A DNA stretch of 64,000 nucleotides from Acidimicrobiia bacterium (GTDB lineage Bacteria; Actinomycetota; Acidimicrobiia; Spongiisociales; SHLN01): contig JABDLU010000202.1 in the NCBI GenBank assembly GCA_013002865.1, forward strand, positions 1,062 to 65,061. Direction: 5' to 3'. The position numbers and the translations under genes were made by a program. Positions 1 through 8,233 of this stretch are shown piece by piece. Each line of letters begins with the position of its first letter. The first letter of the stretch is position 1. The notes beneath the pieces were generated by a model, which was not told the DNA's origin, made no database searches, and saw only the letters and a list, made by a program, of their open reading frames with translations.

Positions 1-301
1 CGCCGCCGGCATCGAGCCCGAGGTGGTCGTGTTCAACCGCGCCCTGCCGACCAGCTGGGCCGAGCCGGTCGAGCCACTCGACAACGGCCGAGCCGGCGCC
101 CGGCTCAACCACAACCTGGACCGGTGGGCGTCTGAGGTGCGCCGCCAGCAGGACGCCCGGGCAGATTTCGGCGGACGGGTCGGCACCCCGGTGCACACGA
201 TCCCGTGGCTGGCCGATCCCCCGGTCAACCTCGACGGGCTGCGAGCGCTGCTGGAGGGGTCGGGGCTGTCGATGGCTGCGCTGGGGCTGGCCGACGCGTA
301 G
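1..301 (+). CDS. 3' end of an unidentified protein-coding gene (partial; frame is open from the window edge)
   Basis: Frame of ORF 23..301 is open back to nt 2. It is convergent with dnaE, whose stop is at 302. No recognisable motif; product unknown. Confidence 0.3.
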   Translation, partial: AAGIEPEVVVFNRALPTSWAEPVEPLDNGRAGARLNHNLDRWASEVRRQQDARADFGGRVGTPVHTIPWLADPPVNLDGLRALLEGSGLSMAALGLADA

Positions 302-3300
302 TCACGCCAGGGCCCGGGCGCCGAGCAGCTCTTTGAGCTCGGCGTAGAGGGCGGAGCGGGGCTCTACCCGGAACTCGTCTCCGAGGCGCAGAACCTTCAG
401 GTCGCCCGACTCGCTGGTCATGTGCAAGAAGACCGGGGCGGCACCCGGATGGTTGTTGAGCACCGACTTGAGACGGGTGACCAGCTTCTGAGACATGGCC
501 GAGGCGGCCACCCGGATGCGCAGCGAGCCGTCCGGGCGAAGATCGGGCTCCTTGATCGTCGCCGCGACCAGTTTGACGTCGTCGCCCCGGTGGTCGAGCC
601 GGCCAGACACGACGAGGATGGCGTCCTCCCTGATGAGGGGGCCGACCTCGGCCACCGTGCGCGGGAAGCACAGGACCTCAACGGAGCCCTCGAGGTCTTC
701 CAGCTCGAAGAACACCATCGGGTCACCGGCCCGGGTGTAGCGGCGCGTGATCGATGACACCATGCCCCCGATGGTGACCGAGGTCCCGTCCTCCAGCTCG
801 AACAATGCCGGTATCGGTGAGGAGATCAACCGGGTGAGGGCGGGGCCGACCGTGAGCAGCGGATGGTCGGAGATGAACAGCCCGAGCATCTCCTTTTCGA
901 AGCCGAGCTTGATCTTCTGGTCCCACTCGTCGGCCGGGATCTCGATCGGAGACAGCTCGAGGGCGGACTCGGCACCCCCGAACAGGCTGTACTGGCCGGC
1001 ATCCTCGGCCCGGCGGCGGGCCACCGTGTTCTCCACCTGCTGCTCGAATACCAGGGTGAGGCCCCGCCGGCTGTGACCGAGCGAGTCAAACGCTCCCGCC
1101 TTGATCAGGGACTCGACGGTGCGCTTGTTGAGCACCGACAGGTCGACCCGGTTGATGAAGTCGGTGAAGTCGGCGAACGGGCCGTTCTTCTCCCGCTCAG
1201 TGAGGATCGCCTCGACAACGCCCTCGCCGACGTTGCGAATCGCCGAAAGGCCGAACGGGATGGACCCATCCCGGGCAATGAAGTCCAGCTCGGATCGGTT
1301 GATGTCCGGGGTCAACACCTCGACGCCGAGCTGGCGGCATTCGTTGAGGTACAGGGCGGTGCGATCCTTGTCCCGCTTGGTCGATGTGAGCAACGCCGCC
1401 ATGTACTCGGCGGGATAGTGCGCTTTCAACCAGGCGGTCTGATAGGCAACCAGCCCGTAGGCGGCGGAGTGTGACTTGTTGAAGCCGTAGCCGGCGAAGT
1501 GCTCGATGTAGCCGAACAGCTCCTTGCCGAGCTGTTCGGGATGGCCGTTGGTGACACAGCCGGCGACGAACTGCTCCTCCTGCTTGGCCATGACCGAGGC
1601 GATCTTCTTGCCCATGGCTTTGCGCAGAAAGTCGGCTTCTGCCATCGAGAACCCCGCCATGGTCCTCGCCACCTGCATGACCTGCTCCTGGAACACCATG
1701 ATGCCGTAGCTGTCGGAGAGCACCGGCTCGAGATCGGGATGCGGATAGTCGACCGCTTCCCGGCCGTTCTTGCGGTCGGCGTACTTGTTGTGCATGCCGG
1801 CCCCAAGCGGTCCCGGCCGGTACAGAGCGTTGAGCGCAACGATGTCGCCGAAATGATCCGGCTTGAGGTTGCGCATCAGGGCCCGCATCGGCCCACCCTC
1901 CAGCTGGAACACCCCGATGGAGTCGCCGCGCTGGAGCATCTCGAACACGAGCGGATCGTCGAGCGGGACGTGGTCGATGTCCACCCGCGTTCCGGTGTTG
2001 GCTTCGATGATCTCGAGGGCCCGCTCGATGGTCGACAGGTTGCGCAGGCCGAGGAAATCCATCTTGAGCAAGCCGAGCGCCTCGACGGCGTGCATTTCGT
2101 ATTGGGTGACGACCTCGGCGTCGTCGCCCTTCTGCTGCAGCGGGACGATCTCGGTGAGCGGTGTTGGCGCGATCACCACGGCGGCGGCGTGGATGGAGTC
2201 CTGGCGCCTGAGCCCCTCGAGCCCCCGGGCGGTGTCCACCACCCGCTTGGAGTCACCGTCGATCCCGATCTCATCGCGCAGGCCGGCGGCTGCCGAGTAG
2301 AAGTCACGCACCGCCGGGTCGGCACCGGGGCCGGGATCGACCAGGCACTGCTCGAGGGTGGCCTCGACCCCGAGGATGGCGGGCGGCATCAGCTTGGCGA
2401 GCTTGTCGCCCTTGCCGTAGGGGAACCCGAGTACCCGGGCGGCATCGCGGATGGCCTGGCGGCCCTTGATGGTGCTGAAGGTAATGATCTGGGCGACATG
2501 GTCGGTGCCGTAGCGCTCCGTGCAGTAGCGGATCACATCGGCGCGGTACCGCTCGTCGAAGTCCATGTCGATGTCGGGCATCTCCCGCCGGCCCGGGTTG
2601 AGAAAACGCTCGAAGATGAGGCCGTATTCGAGGGGATCGAGGTCGGTGATGCGCAGGCAATAGGCGATGATGGAACCGGCCGCGCTCCCCCGGCCCGGCC
2701 CGGTCCTAATGCTCTGTTCGCGAGCGTAACGAATGAGGTCCCAGACGATGAGGAAGTAGGCGGGGAAACCCATTTCGGAGATGACCCGTAGCTCGTACTC
2801 GACCCGCTCGCGTACCTCGGTGCTCAGGGAATCGCCGTAGCGCTCCCTGGCCCCCGCCTCGACCAGCTCGCGCAGGTAGGACTCCTCGGTGTGGCCTTCC
2901 GGCACGGGGAATCGCGGCAGGAGGATCTCGCCGAGGGGAATGGTGGTCTTGACCCGGGAGGCAATCAGCAGGGTGTTGTCGCAGGCACCCGGGTACTGAT
3001 CGTTGGGAAACAACGCCCGCATTTCGGCCGCCGTCTTGAGGTGGTAGCCGGTGCCGCTGAACTTGAAGCGGTTTGGCTCATCGATGGTGGCTCCGGTTTG
3101 GATGCACAGAAGCACGTCGTGGGCTTCGGCTTCTTCGGGGCGGGTGTAATGGGAGTCGTTGGTCGCCAGCAGCGGCGCACCCAGGTCGGCGGCAATCTGG
3201 AGCAGGTCGGGCATGATCTGGCGTTCGGCCGGGATACCGTGGTCCTGCACTTCCACGAAGAAGTTGTCCTTGCCGAAGATGTCCTGGTACATCGCGGCGG

Positions 3301-3823
3301 CAGCCCGGGCGGCCTCGAAGTCGCGGGCCAGTCCGGTATTGCCTTCCTCATGCGAGTCGGGGCCGAGCAGTTGGGCAACGTGCCCGCCGAGGCAGCCGGT
3401 GGTGGCGATGAGCCCCTCGGCGTGCTCGGCGAGCAGCTCGGCATCCATCCGCGGCTTGTAGTAGAAGCCCTCCAGGTACGCCTTGGAAGCCAGCGCCATG
3501 AGATTGCGATAGCCGGTGTCGTTCTCGGCGAGCAGGATCATGTGGTAGCGGCGATCCTCGTGGCGGGGTGGGCGATCGAAGCGCGAGCCGGGGGTGATGT
3601 AGGCCTCGATCCCGATCACCGGATTGATGCCGGCGCTCTGGGCGGCTTTGTAGAAGTCGACGGCGCCGTAGAGAACACCGTGATCGGTGATGGCGATGGC
3701 GGGCTGTTCCAGCTCGGCGGCCCGGGCAACGACGTCCTGTACCCGGGCGGCACCATCGAGCATGGAGAACTCGGTGTGCAAGTGGAGGTGGGCGAAATTG
3801 TCGCTGTGGGATGGTTCGATCAT
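302..3823 (-). CDS. dnaE: DNA polymerase III alpha subunit (DnaE1)
   Basis: 1173-aa ORF. N-terminal PHP domain (HLHLHTEFSMLDGA...ITDHGVLYGAVDFY), polymerase core (GRGSAAGSIIAYCLRITDLDP) and OB-fold C-terminus. Confidence 0.95.
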   Translation of the reverse strand: MIEPSHSDNFAHLHLHTEFSMLDGAARVQDVVARAAELEQPAIAITDHGVLYGAVDFYKAAQSAGINPVIGIEAYITPGSRFDRPPRHEDRRYHMILLAENDTGYRNLMALASKAYLEGFYYKPRMDAELLAEHAEGLIATTGCLGGHVAQLLGPDSHEEGNTGLARDFEAARAAAAMYQDIFGKDNFFVEVQDHGIPAERQIMPDLLQIAADLGAPLLATNDSHYTRPEEAEAHDVLLCIQTGATIDEPNRFKFSGTGYHLKTAAEMRALFPNDQYPGACDNTLLIASRVKTTIPLGEILLPRFPVPEGHTEESYLRELVEAGARERYGDSLSTEVRERVEYELRVISEMGFPAYFLIVWDLIRYAREQSIRTGPGRGSAAGSIIAYCLRITDLDPLEYGLIFERFLNPGRREMPDIDMDFDERYRADVIRYCTERYGTDHVAQIITFSTIKGRQAIRDAARVLGFPYGKGDKLAKLMPPAILGVEATLEQCLVDPGPGADPAVRDFYSAAAGLRDEIGIDGDSKRVVDTARGLEGLRRQDSIHAAAVVIAPTPLTEIVPLQQKGDDAEVVTQYEMHAVEALGLLKMDFLGLRNLSTIERALEIIEANTGTRVDIDHVPLDDPLVFEMLQRGDSIGVFQLEGGPMRALMRNLKPDHFGDIVALNALYRPGPLGAGMHNKYADRKNGREAVDYPHPDLEPVLSDSYGIMVFQEQVMQVARTMAGFSMAEADFLRKAMGKKIASVMAKQEEQFVAGCVTNGHPEQLGKELFGYIEHFAGYGFNKSHSAAYGLVAYQTAWLKAHYPAEYMAALLTSTKRDKDRTALYLNECRQLGVEVLTPDINRSELDFIARDGSIPFGLSAIRNVGEGVVEAILTEREKNGPFADFTDFINRVDLSVLNKRTVESLIKAGAFDSLGHSRRGLTLVFEQQVENTVARRRAEDAGQYSLFGGAESALELSPIEIPADEWDQKIKLGFEKEMLGLFISDHPLLTVGPALTRLISSPIPALFELEDGTSVTIGGMVSSITRRYTRAGDPMVFFELEDLEGSVEVLCFPRTVAEVGPLIREDAILVVSGRLDHRGDDVKLVAATIKEPDLRPDGSLRIRVAASAMSQKLVTRLKSVLNNHPGAAPVFLHMTSESGDLKVLRLGDEFRVEPRSALYAELKELLGARALA

Positions 3824-3956
3824 CGAAAACTACATGTCTGTAAGTAGACCTCCAACATAGTGGAACCGACCCTCGGTCGTAAAGCCGACGGGCAGCCGGC
3901 GGCGGGGGGCGACAGGGCTAGGCTCGGGCGCGCATTTCGAGCACCGGAGGACACCC

Positions 3957-5105
3957 ATGCGCATTGGCATTCTGACAGGAGGCGGCGACGTCCCCGGCCT
4001 GAATCCGTGTATCAAAGCGGTGGTCGAGCGGGTGGCAGCCGAGGGCCACGAGGTGGTCGGCATTCGACGGGGATGGGCACCGTTCGTGCACTTCGACCCC
4101 GACAATCCCTCCGATCGCGAAGACTGGTTCATCGACCTCGACCCGATGACGGTCCGCACCGTTGGTCGTTCCGGCGGAACGTTCCTTCACACCTCCCGCA
4201 CCAACCCGAGCAAGGTCAAACCGTCCGACCTGCCACCGCACCTGGCCGACCGGGCCACCGACGAACCGACGGTAGACGTCACCGATCACGCCCTGCGGGT
4301 CGTTGAGAGCCAGAACCTCGACGTCCTCATCCCGATCGGCGGCGACGACACCCTCTCGTACGGGCTGCGTATGCACGAGGAGGGGGTTCCGTCGATTGCC
4401 ATCCCCAAGACGATGGACAACGATGTGCACGGCACCGACTATTGCATCGGGTTCTCGACCGCGATCACCCGGGGCGTCGAATTCATCAACAACCTGCGCA
4501 CCAGCACCGGCAGCCACGAGCGCATCGCCGTCGTCGAGCTGTTCGGCCGCTACAGCGGCGAGACCTCCCTGATCACGGCCTATCTGGCCGGCGTGGATCG
4601 GGCGATCATCTCCGAGGTGCCGTTCGATGTCGACCGTCTCAGCAAGATGCTGCTCGAGGACAAGAAGCGCAACCCCAGCCATTACGCCATGATGACGATC
4701 TCAGAGGGCGCCAAACTGGCCGGCGGGGACATCATGGTGAGCGGTGAAGCCGATGCCTACGGCCACCGCAAGCTCGGCGGCATCGGCGCCCAGACCGGCC
4801 AGCTCATCAAGGAGCGGACCGGCGAGGCCATCATCTACCAGCAGGTCGGTTATCTGATGCGGTCCGGAGCGCCCGACTCGCTCGACCTCATGGTCGCCAC
4901 CAACTACGCAGTGATGGCGGCCGATCTCGCCATGGAGAACGCCACCGGCCGGATGGTGGCGCTGCGGGGCGGGACCTACACCAACGTGCCGATCTCAGTG
5001 ACCAGCGAGGGAGTCAAGCGGGTCGATGTCGGCGAGCTGTACGACGAGCCCAACTATCGGCCCAAGGTGCGGCACGTGTCCGGCAAGCCGATGTTCCTCT
5101 ACTAG
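3957..5105 (+). CDS. pfp: 6-phosphofructokinase, PPi-dependent-type signature (GGDD ... PKTMDND)
   Basis: N-terminus [16 protein letters not shown]. Motif [12 protein letters not shown] carries Asp at the E. coli Gly104 position and PKTMDND carries Lys at the Gly124 position, the pattern reported for PPi-PFKs. Confidence 0.85.
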   Translation: MRIGILTGGGDVPGLNPCIKAVVERVAAEGHEVVGIRRGWAPFVHFDPDNPSDREDWFIDLDPMTVRTVGRSGGTFLHTSRTNPSKVKPSDLPPHLADRATDEPTVDVTDHALRVVESQNLDVLIPIGGDDTLSYGLRMHEEGVPSIAIPKTMDNDVHGTDYCIGFSTAITRGVEFINNLRTSTGSHERIAVVELFGRYSGETSLITAYLAGVDRAIISEVPFDVDRLSKMLLEDKKRNPSHYAMMTISEGAKLAGGDIMVSGEADAYGHRKLGGIGAQTGQLIKERTGEAIIYQQVGYLMRSGAPDSLDLMVATNYAVMAADLAMENATGRMVALRGGTYTNVPISVTSEGVKRVDVGELYDEPNYRPKVRHVSGKPMFLY

Positions 5106-5107
5106 CC

Positions 5108-6136
5108 GTGGATGTCATTGGCGTCCTCACCGCAGGCGGCGACTGCCCGGGGTTGAACGCCGTCGTCAGGGCAACCGTGGTCCGGGCGATCGAAAGGCAC
5201 GATGCCGAGGTCGTCGGAATTCTCAACGGCTGGGAAGGCCTCATGGAAGGCCGCACCCGGCCACTGGACCGCGACGATGTGCGGGGCATCCTGGCCCGCG
5301 GGGGGACCATCCTCGGCACCTCCCGGCTCGACCCGTACGTGCACGGCGACGGGTTCGAGTCCGTGCGCAAGACGCTCGAATCCAACGACATGGACGCGCT
5401 CGTCGTCATCGGCGGTGACGGAACCCTCCGCACCGCCATGCAGCTCTACGAAGACGGCGGCCTCCCCGTCGTCGGCGTGCCGAAGACCATCGACAACGAC
5501 ATCGACGCCACCGACGTCACGTTCGGGTTCGACACCGCCGTCCAGATCGCCACCGAGGCGATCGACCGGATCGCCACGACCGCCGAAGCCCACAACCGGG
5601 TGATGCTCGTCGAGGTCATGGGCCGCACCAAGGGGTGGATCGCCGCCTACTCCGGCATTGCCGCCGGCGCCGACGCCATCATCATTCCCGAGGTCGACTA
5701 CGACCTCGACACCATTGCCAAGATCATCCGCAAGCGCCATCGCCGCGGCCACACATACTCGGTGGTGGTGATCGCCGAGGGCGTCGAGCCTCCCGCCGGG
5801 CTAGAGGTTGAGGAGCGCATCGACCAGTTTGGATTCAAGCGGCTGGGCGGAGTTGCCTACACGGTCGGTCACGAGATCGAACGCCTCACCGGGTTCGAGA
5901 CCCGGGTCACGGTACTCGGGCACCTGCAGCGCGGGGGAACCCCGAGCGCCACCGACCGCGTGCTGGCCACCCGGTTCGGCGTGAAGGCGGCCGACCTGGC
6001 GGCGGAGGGCACCTTCGGGACGATGGTTGCGCTGCGCGGCACCGAGATGGTCGCCGTGCCGATCGCCGACGCCTGCGCCACCATTCGCGGCGTACCGGAT
6101 CAGATCTACGACGTGGCGGAGACGTTTTTCGGCTGA
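5108..6136 (+). CDS. pfkA: 6-phosphofructokinase, ATP-type-like signature (GGDG) with Lys in PKTIDND
   Basis: N-terminus (GTG start) VDVIGVLTAGGDCPGLN; motifs VVIGGDGTLRTA and VPKTIDNDI. Starts 3 nt after the stop of the first pfk, making a tandem paralog. Confidence 0.85.
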   Translation: MDVIGVLTAGGDCPGLNAVVRATVVRAIERHDAEVVGILNGWEGLMEGRTRPLDRDDVRGILARGGTILGTSRLDPYVHGDGFESVRKTLESNDMDALVVIGGDGTLRTAMQLYEDGGLPVVGVPKTIDNDIDATDVTFGFDTAVQIATEAIDRIATTAEAHNRVMLVEVMGRTKGWIAAYSGIAAGADAIIIPEVDYDLDTIAKIIRKRHRRGHTYSVVVIAEGVEPPAGLEVEERIDQFGFKRLGGVAYTVGHEIERLTGFETRVTVLGHLQRGGTPSATDRVLATRFGVKAADLAAEGTFGTMVALRGTEMVAVPIADACATIRGVPDQIYDVAETFFG

Positions 6137-6149
6137 GCGCCGCACACGG

Positions 6150-7100
6150 TCAGTGGTCGGTGGCCAGAACGTCGGGCAGTGTGCCGGTTGAGGGATCGCT
6201 GAGGGCTTGCAGCGAAGCCACGAGGTCGTCGGGGAGGGGAGACTCGGCTGTGATGGTGGCGGCGGTGATGGGGTGGTCGAAGGCGAGCCGCCACGAGTGG
6301 AGCCAGGGACGGCCCGGGTCGGCGGGGTCGCCGGTCCGAGCGCCGTAGGTGCGATCTCCCACGACGGGGTGCCCGATGGCGGCCAGGTGTACCCGAATCT
6401 GGTGGGTACGACCGGTCTCGAGGCGCACCTCGAGCATGCCGTGGTCGGGCCAGGCCGCCAGTTGCTCGTAGTGGGTGCGGGCGGGCCGTCCGGCGGGATG
6501 GACCCGGCGTCGCATCGGTCGATTCGGGTCGCGGTCGATGGGGGCATCTACGGTGCCGGTCTCGATCGACATTGGCAGTTCTACCAGGGCCAGGTAGGTC
6601 CGGGCGAGCCGCCGCTGGCGGACGAGGTCCCGCAGACCGGCGAGTGCCGGCCCGGACTTGGCGACCACGAGGAGCCCCGAGGTTCCCTTGTCGAGCCGGT
6701 GGACGATGCCCCAGCGATCGGTGTCGCCGATTCCGGCGATCTCCGGCCAGCGATCGAGCAGCCCGCCGGCCAGGGTGCCGGAGGCGTTGCCGGCCCCGGG
6801 ATGGGTGACGATCCCGGCGGGCTTGTCGACAACGGCGAGATCGGCATCCTCCCAGACAACCGAGAAATCGACCCGCTCGGGCGCCAGCGGCGGGGGCCGC
6901 TCGGGAGGCGCGAAGCGCACCGACGCGCCGGACTCGAGGCGGACGGAGGGCGACACCACCGCCTGCCCATCCACTTCGACCGACCCGGACTCGATCAGCT
7001 TGCGAGCACTCCCCCGGCTCACCTCCGCCAGCCGGGCCAGGATCAGGTCGATGCGCTCGCCGGCCAGGTCGTTCGGCACGACGACGGACCGTTCGCTCAT
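6150..7100 (-). CDS. rluD: 23S rRNA pseudouridine synthase, RluA/RluD family, with N-terminal S4 domain
   Basis: The ORF extends to 7493, but the plausible start is the internal ATG (MSERSVVVPNDLAGERIDLILARL, an S4 domain) that overlaps the lspA stop as ATGA. Catalytic motif HRLDKGTSGLLVVAK is present. Confidence 0.85.
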   Translation of the reverse strand: MSERSVVVPNDLAGERIDLILARLAEVSRGSARKLIESGSVEVDGQAVVSPSVRLESGASVRFAPPERPPPLAPERVDFSVVWEDADLAVVDKPAGIVTHPGAGNASGTLAGGLLDRWPEIAGIGDTDRWGIVHRLDKGTSGLLVVAKSGPALAGLRDLVRQRRLARTYLALVELPMSIETGTVDAPIDRDPNRPMRRRVHPAGRPARTHYEQLAAWPDHGMLEVRLETGRTHQIRVHLAAIGHPVVGDRTYGARTGDPADPGRPWLHSWRLAFDHPITAATITAESPLPDDLVASLQALSDPSTGTLPDVLATDH

Positions 7101-7645
7101 ACGGTCGACTTGGGAAGGAACGCGGCCAGCACGGCGACGGCGGCACCGATCGTCAGGCTGGCGTCGGCGACGTTGAACGTGGGAATGAACCACAGGCCGA
7201 TCCAGTCGACCACTTCGCCGTCCAGGAACCCGTCCGCCCGGAAAATCCGGTCGGCCAGATTGCCGGCGGCACCGCCGAGGATCAGCCCGAACACGACGGC
7301 TTCGTGACGATGCTCGGCCGATCCGCTCACCCGCACCAGCACGAGCACGACCACGATGGCGATCACTGCGATCAGTACCCCCGACCCTTGCAGCGAGTTG
7401 AAGGCGGCCCCCGGGTTGAAGACCAGCTTGAGGACCAGGAAGTCCCCGATCACCGACGTGGGACCGTCGGCGAAGGTCTCGAGCGCCCACCACTTGGTCA
7501 GCTGGTCGACGATGACGACCCCGGCGGCTACAAGAAGGGCGACCGCCCGGCTGGTCACCGCTTGCCGGAGCAGTTCACGCACAACGTCGTATACGGCAGG
7601 ACCTCGAGGCGGGCGATCGGAATGGCCGTCTGGCAGCTTTCGCAC
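7097..7645 (-). CDS. lspA: lipoprotein signal peptidase II
   Basis: Conserved motifs VVIVDQLTKWWA, FNPGAAFN and IPTFNVADASLTIG. The 5' end of the ORF overlaps the dksA-like gene by about 90 nt. The likely true start is the GTG near 7558, which forms a GTGA overlap with the upstream stop. Confidence 0.8.
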   Translation of the reverse strand: MRKLPDGHSDRPPRGPAVYDVVRELLRQAVTSRAVALLVAAGVVIVDQLTKWWALETFADGPTSVIGDFLVLKLVFNPGAAFNSLQGSGVLIAVIAIVVVLVLVRVSGSAEHRHEAVVFGLILGGAAGNLADRIFRADGFLDGEVVDWIGLWFIPTFNVADASLTIGAAVAVLAAFLPKSTV

Positions 7646-7926
7646 ACGCCGTAGGTGCCCTTCTTGATGACGGTCTCAGCATGCCCGACCTTGCGGAGCA
7701 AATCGCGAGCATTCTCGACCAGCGCCAGCTCCTTCTCATACTCGAACGCCATCGTGCCGCCGTCGACCGAGTCGATGTCGGGGTTGCGTTCGGAGGCGGT
7801 TTCGTTGAGCTTGGCCTGCTCGCGCTCTTCTTCGAGCTCCTCGATCATCGCCTCGAGGCGCTCGCGCTCGGCTTTGAGCTGCTCCTTGAAGCGACTGATC
7901 GTCGATTTTGCGAGTTTCCGGGCCAT
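7555..7926 (-). CDS. DksA/TraR-family C4 zinc-finger protein
   Basis: Start at the internal ATG (MARKLAKSTISRFKEQLKAERERLE). Coiled-coil N-terminus and a CESC...CVNC four-cysteine finger. Same position as the TraR/DksA gene between lspA and ileS in Streptomyces. Confidence 0.75.
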   Translation of the reverse strand: MARKLAKSTISRFKEQLKAERERLEAMIEELEEEREQAKLNETASERNPDIDSVDGGTMAFEYEKELALVENARDLLRKVGHAETVIKKGTYGVCESCQTAIPIARLEVLPYTTLCVNCSGKR

Positions 7927-7974
7927 TCCTACTCCCGAGATGGGGCGGAACAGTAGCACGAATTGGCCGCTTCA

Positions 7975-8233
7975 CCAGACGAGGCGGACCGAGAATTGCG
8001 CCCCCGATCGGGGACCGGGGGCGATACACTCCCGGCAACGCATTGACGAGGGCCGTCCCCCCGGGGCGGACATCACCTCCGAGCGGCGAGAAGAACGGCC
8101 CGGCCAAGTAGACCTCGACGGAGGCGCCCCGACACGGCGCAGGAATGAGCGGCCGTGTGCTCCCAGCACCGGCAAGCCGGGTGGTACCGCGGGTTATCAC
8201 TCGTCCCGGCCGACGACCGAGACGAGGAGCACC
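7975..8233 (+). promoter_or_regulatory. T-box riboswitch leader of ileS (tRNA-Ile sensing; translational, SD-sequestering type)
   Basis: 307-nt leader upstream of ileS. It contains the T-box consensus GGGTGGTACCGCGGG at ~8178-8192, with UGGU matching the discriminator A of tRNA-Ile. There is a candidate AUC-A specifier (gacATCAcc, ~8070). An anti-SD CTCGTC (~8200) is complementary to GACGAG, which overlaps the SD GAGGAG (~8224) 4-5 nt before the ATG at 8234. Confidence 0.7.

Noticed and set aside
3824-3956. Possible riboswitch or sRNA in the lower-GC dnaE/pfk divergent intergenic region
   Set aside because: It is only 133 bp shared by two divergent promoters, and I recognised no conserved riboswitch motif.
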